Source: Candidatus Latescibacterota bacterium
GTDB taxonomy: Bacteria > Latescibacterota > UBA2968 > GCA-2709665
NCBI GenBank assembly: GCA_965203805.1
Contig: OZ241917.1
Span: forward strand, 3,520,001 to 3,584,000
DNA length: 64,000 bases
Direction of reading: 5' to 3'
Within the stretch, counting starts at the first letter, position 1, and every line of letters begins with the position of its first letter. The notes under the pieces were generated by a model, which did no database searches, was not told where the DNA came from, and saw only the letters and a list, made by a program, of their open reading frames with translations. This document shows, piece by piece, positions 38,493-48,494 of the stretch. The translations under genes were made by a program, and so were the position numbers.

Positions 38493-40034
38493 TCACTCCA
38501 CCGCGTTTGACCGCATCTCCGCCCGCAGGGGGCCGAACATCCCGTGGCCCCATTGGACATCCGCGTCCATTGCCGCCTCCGCCCGCCCGGCGGGGAGCGG
38601 CGCCGTGCCCAGCAGCCGCCCGTCCTGAGCGATGCCGATTCTGTCCTCTCCGATGGTGAATTCAAGCGTCGTGGGCTTTCCCGTCCAGGCAACCGGCACG
38701 GACACGCTGCCCGGTTTCCTCACCCGGTAGACCATGCGGTACTGGTTCCACACCTCGTCATCGTGCAGGAACGAATGCCGCATGTCACGCACGGGACAGC
38801 CCTTGGCGCTCACCGACAGAAACATGGCGTCCCCATTCGGCGCCAGCCCGGTCACACGTTGTCCCCAGTCGTTGATTACCAGGTCGGTACCATGTTTTTC
38901 GTTGTACGCGACCACACGGTCTTCGTAGGGATGATTCATCGTGTCCGTAATCGGAGGGTTCCGGAACATCCGTTTCACGAAATGCCACGCATTTCCGTGC
39001 GCGTCGTACCGCCACAATTCCGACCAGGGCCATACCCCCACGTAGAGGTCCCCTCCGTAAATCGCGGTTGTCTGCGCCTCCCGCACACTGCCGGATACGC
39101 CCGGCATCACCGGCGGCGAGTTCTCCAGGTGGCGAAGTTCCTTGCCGTCGTACTTGAACAGGTTTCCCGTGGGGTACTGTGCGATCAGCATCTCGTCGTA
39201 CCAGTTCAACATCGAATACAGCTGAAAACTCACGCCGGCAAGCGACGCGCGCACGATCTTCCACCTGGATCCGTCGAAAACGTAGACGCCGCCCATATTG
39301 GACGAATTCACGATCTCATCTCCCAGTTGTCCGATGGAAAACGGCGTCTCCTGCGGATATTTCAGGTCCAGCGTCACCGCCTGACCCAGGGCGACCGGTC
39401 CATCTCCCGGCTTCCACGGGACCGCGTACAGCGTGGTATACGGCGGATCCGACTCGTGGTCTCTGTGGAAAAACGTCAGGTAGCCCAGGGCGTAATAGAA
39501 ATGGTGAAAGTGACCTTTTTCCGGTTTCTCCACGACCTGCTCGCCGTCGTACCAGGCCTCGCTGCTCTTGAACTGGAAAATCTTTCCGGCAACCCGCATT
39601 TTCCCGTCGCCGGCCATGGCTTCGCCCACGCCGTAGCTCTCGTCCACCTGCCACCCGCCTGCCGCGTCGTCCCACCATCGCGCGGTCCTGTCCTGGTGAT
39701 AGCTGCAGGAGTAGACGCGGCCATCCAGGTCGAACAGGTAGCTCCCTCCGTCTTCGGTGGAGGGCGGCAGGGTCTCGAATGTCTCCTCTGCCTCGTCGTC
39801 CCGCACGAAAAACTGCAGCGTGAACCGATCCATCCGAAACGCCGTATTATATACGCCCACAAAGCCCGCCCCCATCACCACACGGCCCTCTTTGTCCCGG
39901 GCTTCGAACAGCGACCCCCAGTTCTGCCCCACGTCCTGACCGAATTCGATCGTCGTTGAAATCTGCATCAGCGGTTTCTCCTCCGCGCGCCCCGGCATCG
40001 GCCAGAGCAACAATGTGATAAGGACCCAGTTCAT
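38493..40034 (-). CDS. Hypothetical secreted protein
   Basis: Signal peptide MNWVLITLLLWPMPGRA; beta-rich aromatic sequence. The longer ORF-track start overlaps the next gene. Confidence 0.75.
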   Translation of the reverse strand: MNWVLITLLLWPMPGRAEEKPLMQISTTIEFGQDVGQNWGSLFEARDKEGRVVMGAGFVGVYNTAFRMDRFTLQFFVRDDEAEETFETLPPSTEDGGSYLFDLDGRVYSCSYHQDRTARWWDDAAGGWQVDESYGVGEAMAGDGKMRVAGKIFQFKSSEAWYDGEQVVEKPEKGHFHHFYYALGYLTFFHRDHESDPPYTTLYAVPWKPGDGPVALGQAVTLDLKYPQETPFSIGQLGDEIVNSSNMGGVYVFDGSRWKIVRASLAGVSFQLYSMLNWYDEMLIAQYPTGNLFKYDGKELRHLENSPPVMPGVSGSVREAQTTAIYGGDLYVGVWPWSELWRYDAHGNAWHFVKRMFRNPPITDTMNHPYEDRVVAYNEKHGTDLVINDWGQRVTGLAPNGDAMFLSVSAKGCPVRDMRHSFLHDDEVWNQYRMVYRVRKPGSVSVPVAWTGKPTTLEFTIGEDRIGIAQDGRLLGTAPLPAGRAEAAMDADVQWGHGMFGPLRAEMRSNAVE

Positions 40035-40060
40035 GGCAAAGCGGTTTGAAACGGACACCG

Positions 40061-41023
40061 TCAAAACGCCAGGACAACCTTGACCGCGCCGTCCGTCTCC
40101 GGATGCTCGAACGCCAGTTCGAACGCTTCCTGGATCTTCTCGAACGGCATCAGGTGCGTCAGAATCGGCCGCACATTCAGCCGGCCCTGTGTGATCCAGT
40201 CCAGCGCAAGCGTATAGTCCAGGCTCGGATTCGGTCCGACCGACGTCACGATCTGCAGTTCCTTTTTGAACATATTCATAAAAGACAGCGTCATCCGCCC
40301 TTCGGCATTCTCCTTGTTCGGTACGCCGAAGTAAACCAGCGTGCCGTCCTGACGAAGCAGGTCGCCGCACAGGTTGAACGTGGACTCCCTGCCCACGGCC
40401 TCCACCGCCAGGTCCACCATCTCTCCCCCGGTAATTTCCGCGACCGTCTCCACCAGGTCGCACGTTTCCGGATCGATGGTATGGGTCGCCCCCATCCCGG
40501 ACGACACGTCCAGCCGATGGGGGAGCGGATCCACGCCGATAATGGTCCTTGCGCCAAAATTACGCAATGTGGCATTGAACAGTTGTCCCACCGGACCCTG
40601 CCCCATCACCAGCGCGTTCCGGTTGATCACGTTGCCCAGCTTGTAGAAGCAGTGAATCACCGTACCTAACAACTGGCTCATCAGCGCCACTTCCGGGTCG
40701 ACGTCCTTCGGCAGCTTCACGCATGCGGCCGGATCGGCCAGCACGTATTCCTGGAACAGACCCCGGTCGAAGCCCCAGAGCAGCGCGCGATCGCCAACGT
40801 CGAAGGCGGATGTCGGGCACGCCTCGACAATCCCAAGCCCTTCGTGTCCCGTCTGCCCCATTGCCATGGGATAGGACGTCCCTACCCCGCAAAATGCCGG
40901 CTTGTCCGTACCGCAGATCCCAACCCGCTCCAGGCGAACGAGCATCATCTCCCCGTTTGCCTCGGGTCTCTCCACCTCGGCAAGCTCCCACTGACGGGGC
41001 GCTACCAATCTAGCCGCTCTCAT
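40061..41023 (-). CDS. Zn-dependent alcohol dehydrogenase-family protein
   Basis: GICGTD, GHE, GQGPVG. Confidence 0.9.
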   Translation of the reverse strand: MRAARLVAPRQWELAEVERPEANGEMMLVRLERVGICGTDKPAFCGVGTSYPMAMGQTGHEGLGIVEACPTSAFDVGDRALLWGFDRGLFQEYVLADPAACVKLPKDVDPEVALMSQLLGTVIHCFYKLGNVINRNALVMGQGPVGQLFNATLRNFGARTIIGVDPLPHRLDVSSGMGATHTIDPETCDLVETVAEITGGEMVDLAVEAVGRESTFNLCGDLLRQDGTLVYFGVPNKENAEGRMTLSFMNMFKKELQIVTSVGPNPSLDYTLALDWITQGRLNVRPILTHLMPFEKIQEAFELAFEHPETDGAVKVVLAF

Positions 41024-41044
41024 CTATACACACCTCTCTCCAAA

Positions 41045-42301
41045 TCAGTCCCAAACCGGCCAATCCTGATCCTGCAAGCGCTTCCACAACCCGTCGAACG
41101 CCTCGCTTCCGTCGTCCTCCCACTCGTCCAGGCGCACGCCGGTCGCAAAGGACTCGTCCACGCCCTCTTTCATCAACCGCTCCGCCTGCTGCAGATTCCG
41201 ATAATAGTGCCTGACGCCGCCGGGGAACGTCACCACGGACAGGTGCCGGGCCCATACCGCCGCGGGCGTCTTCCGGTATTTCGCAACGGCATCCTCGTCC
41301 AGCGTTACGCCCAGACCGGGGCCCTCCGGCACCTTCATGAAGCCCCGCTGAATCGGATGTGCGTCCACGATCAAATCGTCTTCGTACGAATGGCCGGCCG
41401 TCACGCCCGGTAACGTCGCCGTCGGCATGACAGCGCCCAGTTGCAGCGCGAACGCCGTTGTGATCCCCGTGCCAACGTATTGCAGCAGGATCGGCGTATT
41501 CGCCGCGGCGAACGTCCAGCCCGCCGCCAGCGCGTCCCGCACGCACTCGTGGCTGCATAACGCGCCCTCGAAGTCGCCGGCGCGAAGCCCCGTCCACGGC
41601 CCTGACGGCTGCCGGGACGCGGCCTCGGACAGCACGCGCACGCCGTGCAGATAGAAGGGGATGCGGATCTCCCGGTGCAGCCTGCGCCAGCCATCGATAT
41701 CGTACGCGAAGATCGGCTCTTCGACGCCCTTTACGACCGGGATCTTCTCCAGTTCCCTCAGCACGGGCAGTGCTTTCTCGACGCATATCAAGGCGCCGTT
41801 GAAGTCGAATTCCACCCGGAAATCCGGTGGCGCCGCGTCCTGAATCGCCCGGGCGCATTCCACCACGTCGTAAAACGCGCGGGCCTTGCATTTCAGCCCG
41901 CGGTACCCGCAATCCGCCGCAACCCGGACCTCCGCCGCCGTGTCCTCGGGCGACATGCTGGGCATCCACCATCCCATGGCCACCCATTGACGCGCCTGCT
42001 GCCCCATCACCTTCCATGCGGGCAGCCCCAGGTGCTTCCCCATGAGATCGTAACACGCCATATCCAGATTGAACCGCCCCCGGCCCATCACGTGGTCGAA
42101 GGGGTCGGTCCCTATATACACGCCCAGCGCCTCAGGCTCCAGCGGCGGTCCGGGATTCTCACCCAGCCCCACCAGTCCGGTGTCCGTATGAAACCGGTAT
42201 ACCGTCACTTCCTCCGTCATCGCGAAGTGATGGTACGCTTTCCGGATTCGCGCGTCATAGGGAACCCTAAGGGGAATCACTTCGATGTCCGTGATCTTCA
42301 T
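41045..42301 (-). CDS. Mandelate racemase/muconate lactonizing enzyme family
   Basis: MKITDIE, DMACYDLMGK, KCK, DFN, EEP, PEGPGLG. Confidence 0.88.
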   Translation of the reverse strand: MKITDIEVIPLRVPYDARIRKAYHHFAMTEEVTVYRFHTDTGLVGLGENPGPPLEPEALGVYIGTDPFDHVMGRGRFNLDMACYDLMGKHLGLPAWKVMGQQARQWVAMGWWMPSMSPEDTAAEVRVAADCGYRGLKCKARAFYDVVECARAIQDAAPPDFRVEFDFNGALICVEKALPVLRELEKIPVVKGVEEPIFAYDIDGWRRLHREIRIPFYLHGVRVLSEAASRQPSGPWTGLRAGDFEGALCSHECVRDALAAGWTFAAANTPILLQYVGTGITTAFALQLGAVMPTATLPGVTAGHSYEDDLIVDAHPIQRGFMKVPEGPGLGVTLDEDAVAKYRKTPAAVWARHLSVVTFPGGVRHYYRNLQQAERLMKEGVDESFATGVRLDEWEDDGSEAFDGLWKRLQDQDWPVWD

Positions 42302-42582
42302 TGGTGCCGTCCTTGCCAAAGCCATCGGGCGCGCGCGCAAGGCGTGCCGTCATGCTGCAACGCTTGGATTTCGAGGGATGCGGTGGTATATATAATGCGG
42401 GTAGAGGTAAGACGTGAGTCACGGTAGAAGACGTCCTCGCCCGTTTGGATCTTCCTTTATGCCGCCGGCAAGAAATGACACCTCACAGGGCGGACAATCT
42501 CTCCCCTCTCCCGTCTAACGTCTACCCGTTCTTCAGGCACTCACATCTTCTACCCTCTTACCGCCTCTCAAAAGGTGTTCCC

Positions 42583-43521
42583 ATGCCCCAGCGCCTGGTA
42601 TACTTCAACGGCAGCTATGTTTCCGAGCAGGACGCGCGGATCTCCATATTCGACTCGGCCCTCATGTTCGGGGACATGGTATTTGAAATGACCCGGTCAT
42701 TCAAGCAAAAACCCTACCGCTTGCGAGACCACCTGGACCGGCTCTATGCTTCGATGAAATACGCCCGGATCGACTGCGGGCTGGGCATCGAAGATATGGA
42801 AGCCGCCACCGGCGAGACCATTGAACGGAATCTTCCCGCGCTGGAAGGCCTGGACTACCAGATTATGCACAACGTCACGCGGGGCGCCCTTCCGCTGTAC
42901 GATACGCTTGTCCGGGAAGGCCTGCGTCCGATCGTCACCATCAACGTCATCCCGCTCGTGCGCCACATCGGCGGCGCGGCCCACGCCTACGAAAGAGGCG
43001 CGCATTTCGTGATCACGCCCCAGCAGTCCGTACCCGCGCGCTATATCGATCCCAAGGCAAAAAACCGCAGCCGGATCTACTATCAACTCGCACAACTTCA
43101 GGCGCAACAGATGGAAGCGGACGCCAACGCCCTGCTCACCGACGAACACGGCTTCATCACCGAAGGCACCGGAAACAACGTTTTCATCGCACGCAACGGA
43201 GAAATCCTCACACCCAAACCCCACGATATCCTGCGAGGGGTCTCAAGACAGGCCTGCATGGAGCTTGCCGAAAAACTGAACATCTCCGTCAGGGAAGCCG
43301 ACATCGAACCCTACGACGTGCGGGACGCCGACGAAGCGTGGTACACCGCAACCACGATATGCATGGTTCCCATCACCCGCTTCGATTTTCAGCCGGTCGG
43401 TGCGGGCCGTCCGGGACCCATCTTTTGCCGGCTCATCGACGCCTGGTCGGACGAGGTCGGTGTGGACATCCCCGCCCAGGCCCGCGAATACGCCGAACGC
43501 GCGAAATCCTGGATGCCCTGA
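42583..43521 (+). CDS. Class IV aminotransferase (branched-chain/D-amino-acid type)
   Basis: GDMVFEMTR, K.RSR, EGTGNNVF, ILRGVSR. Confidence 0.9.
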   Translation: MPQRLVYFNGSYVSEQDARISIFDSALMFGDMVFEMTRSFKQKPYRLRDHLDRLYASMKYARIDCGLGIEDMEAATGETIERNLPALEGLDYQIMHNVTRGALPLYDTLVREGLRPIVTINVIPLVRHIGGAAHAYERGAHFVITPQQSVPARYIDPKAKNRSRIYYQLAQLQAQQMEADANALLTDEHGFITEGTGNNVFIARNGEILTPKPHDILRGVSRQACMELAEKLNISVREADIEPYDVRDADEAWYTATTICMVPITRFDFQPVGAGRPGPIFCRLIDAWSDEVGVDIPAQAREYAERAKSWMP

Positions 43522-43595
43522 TCGCCGGCGACCGGACCCGACGGCGGCGATCCACCACACCCCGACGTTCAACCCCATCACACGGAGCGACAATT

Positions 43596-44612
43596 ATGCC
43601 CACCTACCGGGCGGCCATCATCGGTTGCGGAAACATCTCCGGCCGCCACGCGCGAGCCTACCTCGATCAGGGCAACGTCGAGCTTGTTGCCGCCTGTGAC
43701 ATCAACCCGCAGACATTGAATAAGACCTGCGACGAATTGAACATTCCCGGTCGGTACGCTTCTCACCAGGACCTCTTCGAGCACGAGGCCGACGTCGATC
43801 TGGTCAGCGTATGCACGTACCCGAAGTTCCACGCCGAGCAGACCATCGCTGCGGCAAACGCGGGCGCAAAGGGCGTACTGTGCGAAAAACCCATGTGTCT
43901 GAGCCTGGATGAGGCGGACGCCATGATCCGGGCCTGCCGGCGGAACAACACGCGCCTTGTCATTGCCCACCGCCACCGGCAGAGCCCCAACTTCAACAAG
44001 GCGCGAAACCTGATTGCCGAAGGCGCCATTGGAGAACCCCGTCTGGTCTGGAGCTATCTCACGAGTTGCCTCGTGGACAACGGCACCCACATCGTCGACA
44101 TGATGCGCTACCTTCTGGGCGATCCGGAGGCGGACTGGGTGATGGGGCAGGCGTCACGCAAACGCGACACTCACTATCAGGGCTCGCCCGCCGAAGAATC
44201 CAGCATGGGACTTGCCGCCTTCAAGACCGGGACCCGCGCCTTTCTGGAGATGGGCGAAAAGACGCAAACAGACGGGTTCCGCTTTCGCGTTCTGGGAAGC
44301 GAAGGGACATTGGAGGCCGCCCTCGACGAAGTGATCCTCGCGGACAAAAACGGGGTCGCACGTTTTCGCGAGGAACCCAGGGCGGGCTTCTTTGAACAGA
44401 CCGGGGAGATGATCGCGTGGATGGAAGGCGGACCCGAGCACCGGAGTTCAGCGGAAAAAGGCCGGGCTGCAACCGAGCTCCTGGTGGCGATGCACGAATC
44501 CGCACGGATCGGTGAGCTGATCGAGCTGCCTCTCAAGATTGGTTACGATCCGATGAGGAAGAGGGTAGATGAAAGGCAGCCATCAGCAGTCAGCGGTCGG
44601 CAGTCAGCTTGA
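43596..44612 (+). CDS. Gfo/Idh/MocA oxidoreductase
   Basis: AIIGCGNIS, LCEKP, DNGTHIVD. Confidence 0.9.
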   Translation: MPTYRAAIIGCGNISGRHARAYLDQGNVELVAACDINPQTLNKTCDELNIPGRYASHQDLFEHEADVDLVSVCTYPKFHAEQTIAAANAGAKGVLCEKPMCLSLDEADAMIRACRRNNTRLVIAHRHRQSPNFNKARNLIAEGAIGEPRLVWSYLTSCLVDNGTHIVDMMRYLLGDPEADWVMGQASRKRDTHYQGSPAEESSMGLAAFKTGTRAFLEMGEKTQTDGFRFRVLGSEGTLEAALDEVILADKNGVARFREEPRAGFFEQTGEMIAWMEGGPEHRSSAEKGRAATELLVAMHESARIGELIELPLKIGYDPMRKRVDERQPSAVSGRQSA

Positions 44613-44879
44613 ATCAAAATCCAAATCAGCCGACGTCAGCGCCGTGACGTGGGCGCCGACCTCTCCCCCCGACCCCCTCTCCCAAGGGGAGAGGGGGAGC
44701 AAGGCAGCTGTCAGCTATCCCGGTTGGCGATACGTACAGTTGATGTCAATCGGCGAAGTCTGCGCCGGGATGTAGCATATTGAGATGGGGCGCGTCGAGG
44801 GCAGGACCTGCCTGCAGCGCAGGGCACTGCGCAGGCAGGTGCCCTCGCTCCCAGGCGTCCTCTCCTCCGCCCCAGGGTC

Positions 44880-46634
44880 TTACCGCTTGGAAGGTGCGCC
44901 TTTGGGGGTCGCCCCGGTGTAGAGCCCGCCCTGGCTCCGGTCGTAGATGACTTCGATGTTTCCGTTTTCCGAAACCAGCCGCGGCACGTTGCTGGCTTTC
45001 TCGTCGCGGTCGGGCCCCCGCATCACCGCCAGCTGCGCCTCGCCCATCCCCTCCAGCAGACCGCCCCACCGCTCCTCTGGGGTCGCCATTGCCGCCCCGC
45101 CGTTGAAGTGCCGCGAAGAGTACCGCGTGAGGATGACGCGGCGCGGGACGTCGCTCTTCCACGCCAGTGCACCGTGGGCCTGCGGGCCGTCCATGAAAAA
45201 GATGACGTCGCCGGCCTTTGCCAGCGGATGCGTCACCAGCCCCATGTCCTCGTCGCAGGTCCAGACGCCCCTGGGGATACCGTACTGGGACTTGTGGCTT
45301 CCCGGCACGCAGGCAAATCCCCCGTCCTCCGCGGTCACGTCGCGCAATTGCCAGGCCACGCCCACCGACGGTCCCCCCAGGGCATAGCTCCGGCCGTTCT
45401 GGAAGGTATAGTTGCGGGATGGACTCAACGGCTCATTGCCGCCATGAAGAAAATGTCCGGCGCCTCCCCTGGGAGTACAGATCGCCTCAAAGCCTGTACA
45501 CCGGAAGCCCTTCCCGCCCATCCAGGTGAGGCGGTGCACCACCGCCGGGTGGGCGAGCATCTTCCGGAACGGTTCACACCAGGGCCTGGGCAATTCAAGC
45601 AGGCCGGTCAAGGTGGGCCGCCCGGTTCCCGCCAGGCTTTTGGACCCCATGGCAAGATCCACGCTTTCAACCACGATGCGTTCCGTAAACCGGTCGATCG
45701 CCTCGTTCGCCAGCGCAAGGTCTTCCGGCGTCATCACGTTTCTGAGGACGAGGTGACCGCACAGGTCCCAGAAATAGAACTCCTTTTCGTCGATGTTCGA
45801 ATCCGGATTCCTGATATAGATGGAGGGGTGGGACAGGTCGGGTTCCGGGTCCACCCGGCAGGTCTCTCCGTCCGAACTGAGCGTTGGAGGCGGGTCGGTA
45901 TCCCTGTATCCGGGCTTGTGCAGCATCACGCGTTGTTCCGGCGTCAATTCCGCCATCCATTCCGGCTGCTCTTCCTTCCGCGTCTTCGGTCCTGTGCCGA
46001 CGGACTGAACGGCCGCGTGTCCCGCGTATCTGTACATGAGCAGCCGCTGCGGGAGCTCCTTCGTACCGGAACGTACGCCCTGAAGCAGGGTCGCCGCGCA
46101 CAGCAGCAGGTCGCCTGCCTTCAGCGCCGGCTGAACGGTCAATCCCAGGTCGTCCTTCCCGGTCAGCACGTCTTCGGGGGTTTCCACGTTGCTCTTATGG
46201 CTGCACGGGACCAGCGAAAACCCGCCGTCTCCCGAGTTCGAGTCGGAAAGCGCCCACACGGCGTGTATCCCCTGGCAGTGCCGCCGGCCGTTGAGGATGT
46301 AGTAGGCCCGTCCGGCATCCATCGGTTCATTGCCGCCAACCAGGCCGCCGGCAGCCCCATCCGTTTCACCGATCAGCTCCGGTTCGCGGTCCAGCCGGAA
46401 ACCGTATCCGATGAGCTGGTTCAGGTACCCCACCAGCACCGGATGGACCATCAGGTCGCGGAACGGCTCCCGATGCGGTGCGGGCCATCCCAGCATCCCG
46501 TTTTCACGGCCCCCGAGCTCGAGCGCCCTGTTGCACGCCTCCACCTCTTTGGGCGTCAAAACGCCACGTAAAACGAGGTATCCCGAGACATCGAAACAGT
46601 AGTTCTCCTCTTGGCTCATCTCCTGGCGGTCCAT
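44880..46634 (-). CDS. Tandem two-domain PhyH-family dioxygenase
   Basis: YCFDVSGYLVL / YFWDLCGHLVL; VPCSHK / VPGSHK; LHGG, AHG; AGGAGG RBS. Confidence 0.9.
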   Translation of the reverse strand: MDRQEMSQEENYCFDVSGYLVLRGVLTPKEVEACNRALELGGRENGMLGWPAPHREPFRDLMVHPVLVGYLNQLIGYGFRLDREPELIGETDGAAGGLVGGNEPMDAGRAYYILNGRRHCQGIHAVWALSDSNSGDGGFSLVPCSHKSNVETPEDVLTGKDDLGLTVQPALKAGDLLLCAATLLQGVRSGTKELPQRLLMYRYAGHAAVQSVGTGPKTRKEEQPEWMAELTPEQRVMLHKPGYRDTDPPPTLSSDGETCRVDPEPDLSHPSIYIRNPDSNIDEKEFYFWDLCGHLVLRNVMTPEDLALANEAIDRFTERIVVESVDLAMGSKSLAGTGRPTLTGLLELPRPWCEPFRKMLAHPAVVHRLTWMGGKGFRCTGFEAICTPRGGAGHFLHGGNEPLSPSRNYTFQNGRSYALGGPSVGVAWQLRDVTAEDGGFACVPGSHKSQYGIPRGVWTCDEDMGLVTHPLAKAGDVIFFMDGPQAHGALAWKSDVPRRVILTRYSSRHFNGGAAMATPEERWGGLLEGMGEAQLAVMRGPDRDEKASNVPRLVSENGNIEVIYDRSQGGLYTGATPKGAPSKR

Positions 46635-47060
46635 TTTTCACCTCCTATATGATGTACATTTTCCAGAAACCATGATAATATGTAGTAGTCATGGTACTTG
46701 TCGATATCCGGAGGTGTCAATCGAAAAAGGGACGCGCCCCGCGTTCGCCTGTTGCTTGCGGACCGCGCCGCAAAGTGTTACCTATGTAACCGAACGGCGG
46801 GTAGACGTTAGACGGGAGACGGGAGAGGATAGCCCGCGCCCAGGGGACGACGATAGGGCATGGCGAAATCTACGTGCAATAGGCGCGCAGACCTCTCCCC
46901 CCAGCCCCCTCTCCTGTGAGGAGAGGGGGAGCTAAGGCAGGCGTCGCTTGCCGGTCATCTATAGACACTCTGATTGAGAGGAAATCGCCATCCCGGCACT
47001 CTTGCGAGCCCGGTACATCGACCCTTCACCGTTCCCTCTTCCTCCCAGGAAAGGGGTTAG

Positions 47061-47318
47061 CCTCAATTTGAAAAAAGAAGACCGAAAAATTGGCCGCAAA
47101 AAACACAAAAGGCACAAAAAGTATCCGTGCGAAGCGGCGTGTGTGGTAACGCGGTGACCCTGCAGTTATTTTCTCACCGGGCCGAAAAAGGTCGTCCGGA
47201 AGGACATTTTTTCCGTTCACGTCCAGTGACCTGAAGGATCATAGAAATCAGCAGTTAAATCACCTTTATTCACTTGCACATTTTCGAATTAACGTCCCCG
47301 AATAATGACGAATCAAGG
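47061..47318 (+). repeat. ~260-bp intergenic segment duplicated in inverted orientation at 60411-60777
   Basis: Shared blocks CCTCAATT.GAAAAAAGA, CACAAAAGGCACAA, TTCCGTTCACGTCCAGTGACCTGAAGG, TGACGAATCAAGG. Confidence 0.85.
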
Positions 47319-47509
47319 TTTGGGGGTAGGTCTCGCGAGGGGAGAGACTACCTGCCTTGTGAGGTTTCTTCTCGTGCCGGAGGCATATAGGGAAAACCAA
47401 AGGGGCAATGATGTCATCTAACGTCTGCCGTCTCACGTCTCACCGCTTTCAGGTTTTCATTCTTCCTTCATCCTTTTTCCTTCTTCCTTTTTCTTGAAAG
47501 GATTTCACC

Positions 47510-48472
47510 ATGCCAGATCTAAAGGCTGCTGTTATCGGTTGCGGCGGGCACGCCCAGTCGCACCTGCAGATGATCGCGAACGAACCGAGGCTGCGACTGG
47601 CGGGCATCGCGGAGCTTGACGAGGAGCGGTTGCGCGGGAATCGGGCGGAATGGGCGCCGGAGCAGGCCTTTTCGGATTACCGCCGGATGCTGGACGCATG
47701 CCGTCCGGACGTGGTGTACGTGGTCACGAATCCCGGACACCTTCTGCCCATTGTTCTGGAATGCCTGAACAGGGGCATCCACACGTCGGTGGAGAAGTCA
47801 CCCGGAATGAACGTGGAAGAAACCGAACAGATGGCGAGCGCCGCCCGCCGGAGCGCGGGCAAGGCCATCGTGTCGCTCAACCGTCGATACTATCCTCACG
47901 TGCTGGCCGTCCGGCGGCGTATCCAGGCGGGCGGCGGCGCGGTACACGTCGCGGCGACGTACAACAAGCCGTTGACCCGGTTCAGGGACGCAACGCCCGA
48001 TCCGGTGATCTGCGACGCGATCCACCACGTGGACCTGATTCGCTGGTTGGCAGGTTCCGACCCAGAGGAAGCGGCGATACCGGTGGAGGTGCGGGGGATG
48101 GTGCAGGATGGCGAGCGCCCGGTGTGCCATCGCCACAATGCCGTGGTTCGCTTCGACACGGGCGCGTTCGGCGTGCTGATGAGCCACTACGGCGTGGGAT
48201 ATCGGATCCAGCGGGCGGAAGTGCATGCCGAGGACCTGTCGGCCTATCTCGATCTGACTCGGGCGCCGAAGGTGGAGGGATATGAGCGGGGCGAGGCGTT
48301 TTCAGTGGGGGACGACGAAATCGAGGCCGTGGGCGGGGCCTCCTTCAACGAGACCGCCCATTTCGTCGACTGCATTCTGGAAGACCGCACGCCATGGTCA
48401 ACGCTGGACGACGCGGTGCAGACCATGCGCCTGTGCGAGGCCATCCGCGCCGGACACGTGGGGACGTTGTGA
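47510..48472 (+). CDS. Gfo/Idh/MocA oxidoreductase
   Basis: AVIGCGGHA, VEKSP, DAIHHVD; AAAGGA RBS. Confidence 0.9.
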   Translation: MPDLKAAVIGCGGHAQSHLQMIANEPRLRLAGIAELDEERLRGNRAEWAPEQAFSDYRRMLDACRPDVVYVVTNPGHLLPIVLECLNRGIHTSVEKSPGMNVEETEQMASAARRSAGKAIVSLNRRYYPHVLAVRRRIQAGGGAVHVAATYNKPLTRFRDATPDPVICDAIHHVDLIRWLAGSDPEEAAIPVEVRGMVQDGERPVCHRHNAVVRFDTGAFGVLMSHYGVGYRIQRAEVHAEDLSAYLDLTRAPKVEGYERGEAFSVGDDEIEAVGGASFNETAHFVDCILEDRTPWSTLDDAVQTMRLCEAIRAGHVGTL

Positions 48473-48494
48473 TCCTGCTTTCGATCCTGGCGCC

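Noticed and set aside
38544-39959. Long antisense ORFs (also 45108-46571, 6807-8120, 29671-30804, 37394-38659)
   Set aside because: Shadow frames of well-supported genes in GC-rich DNA.
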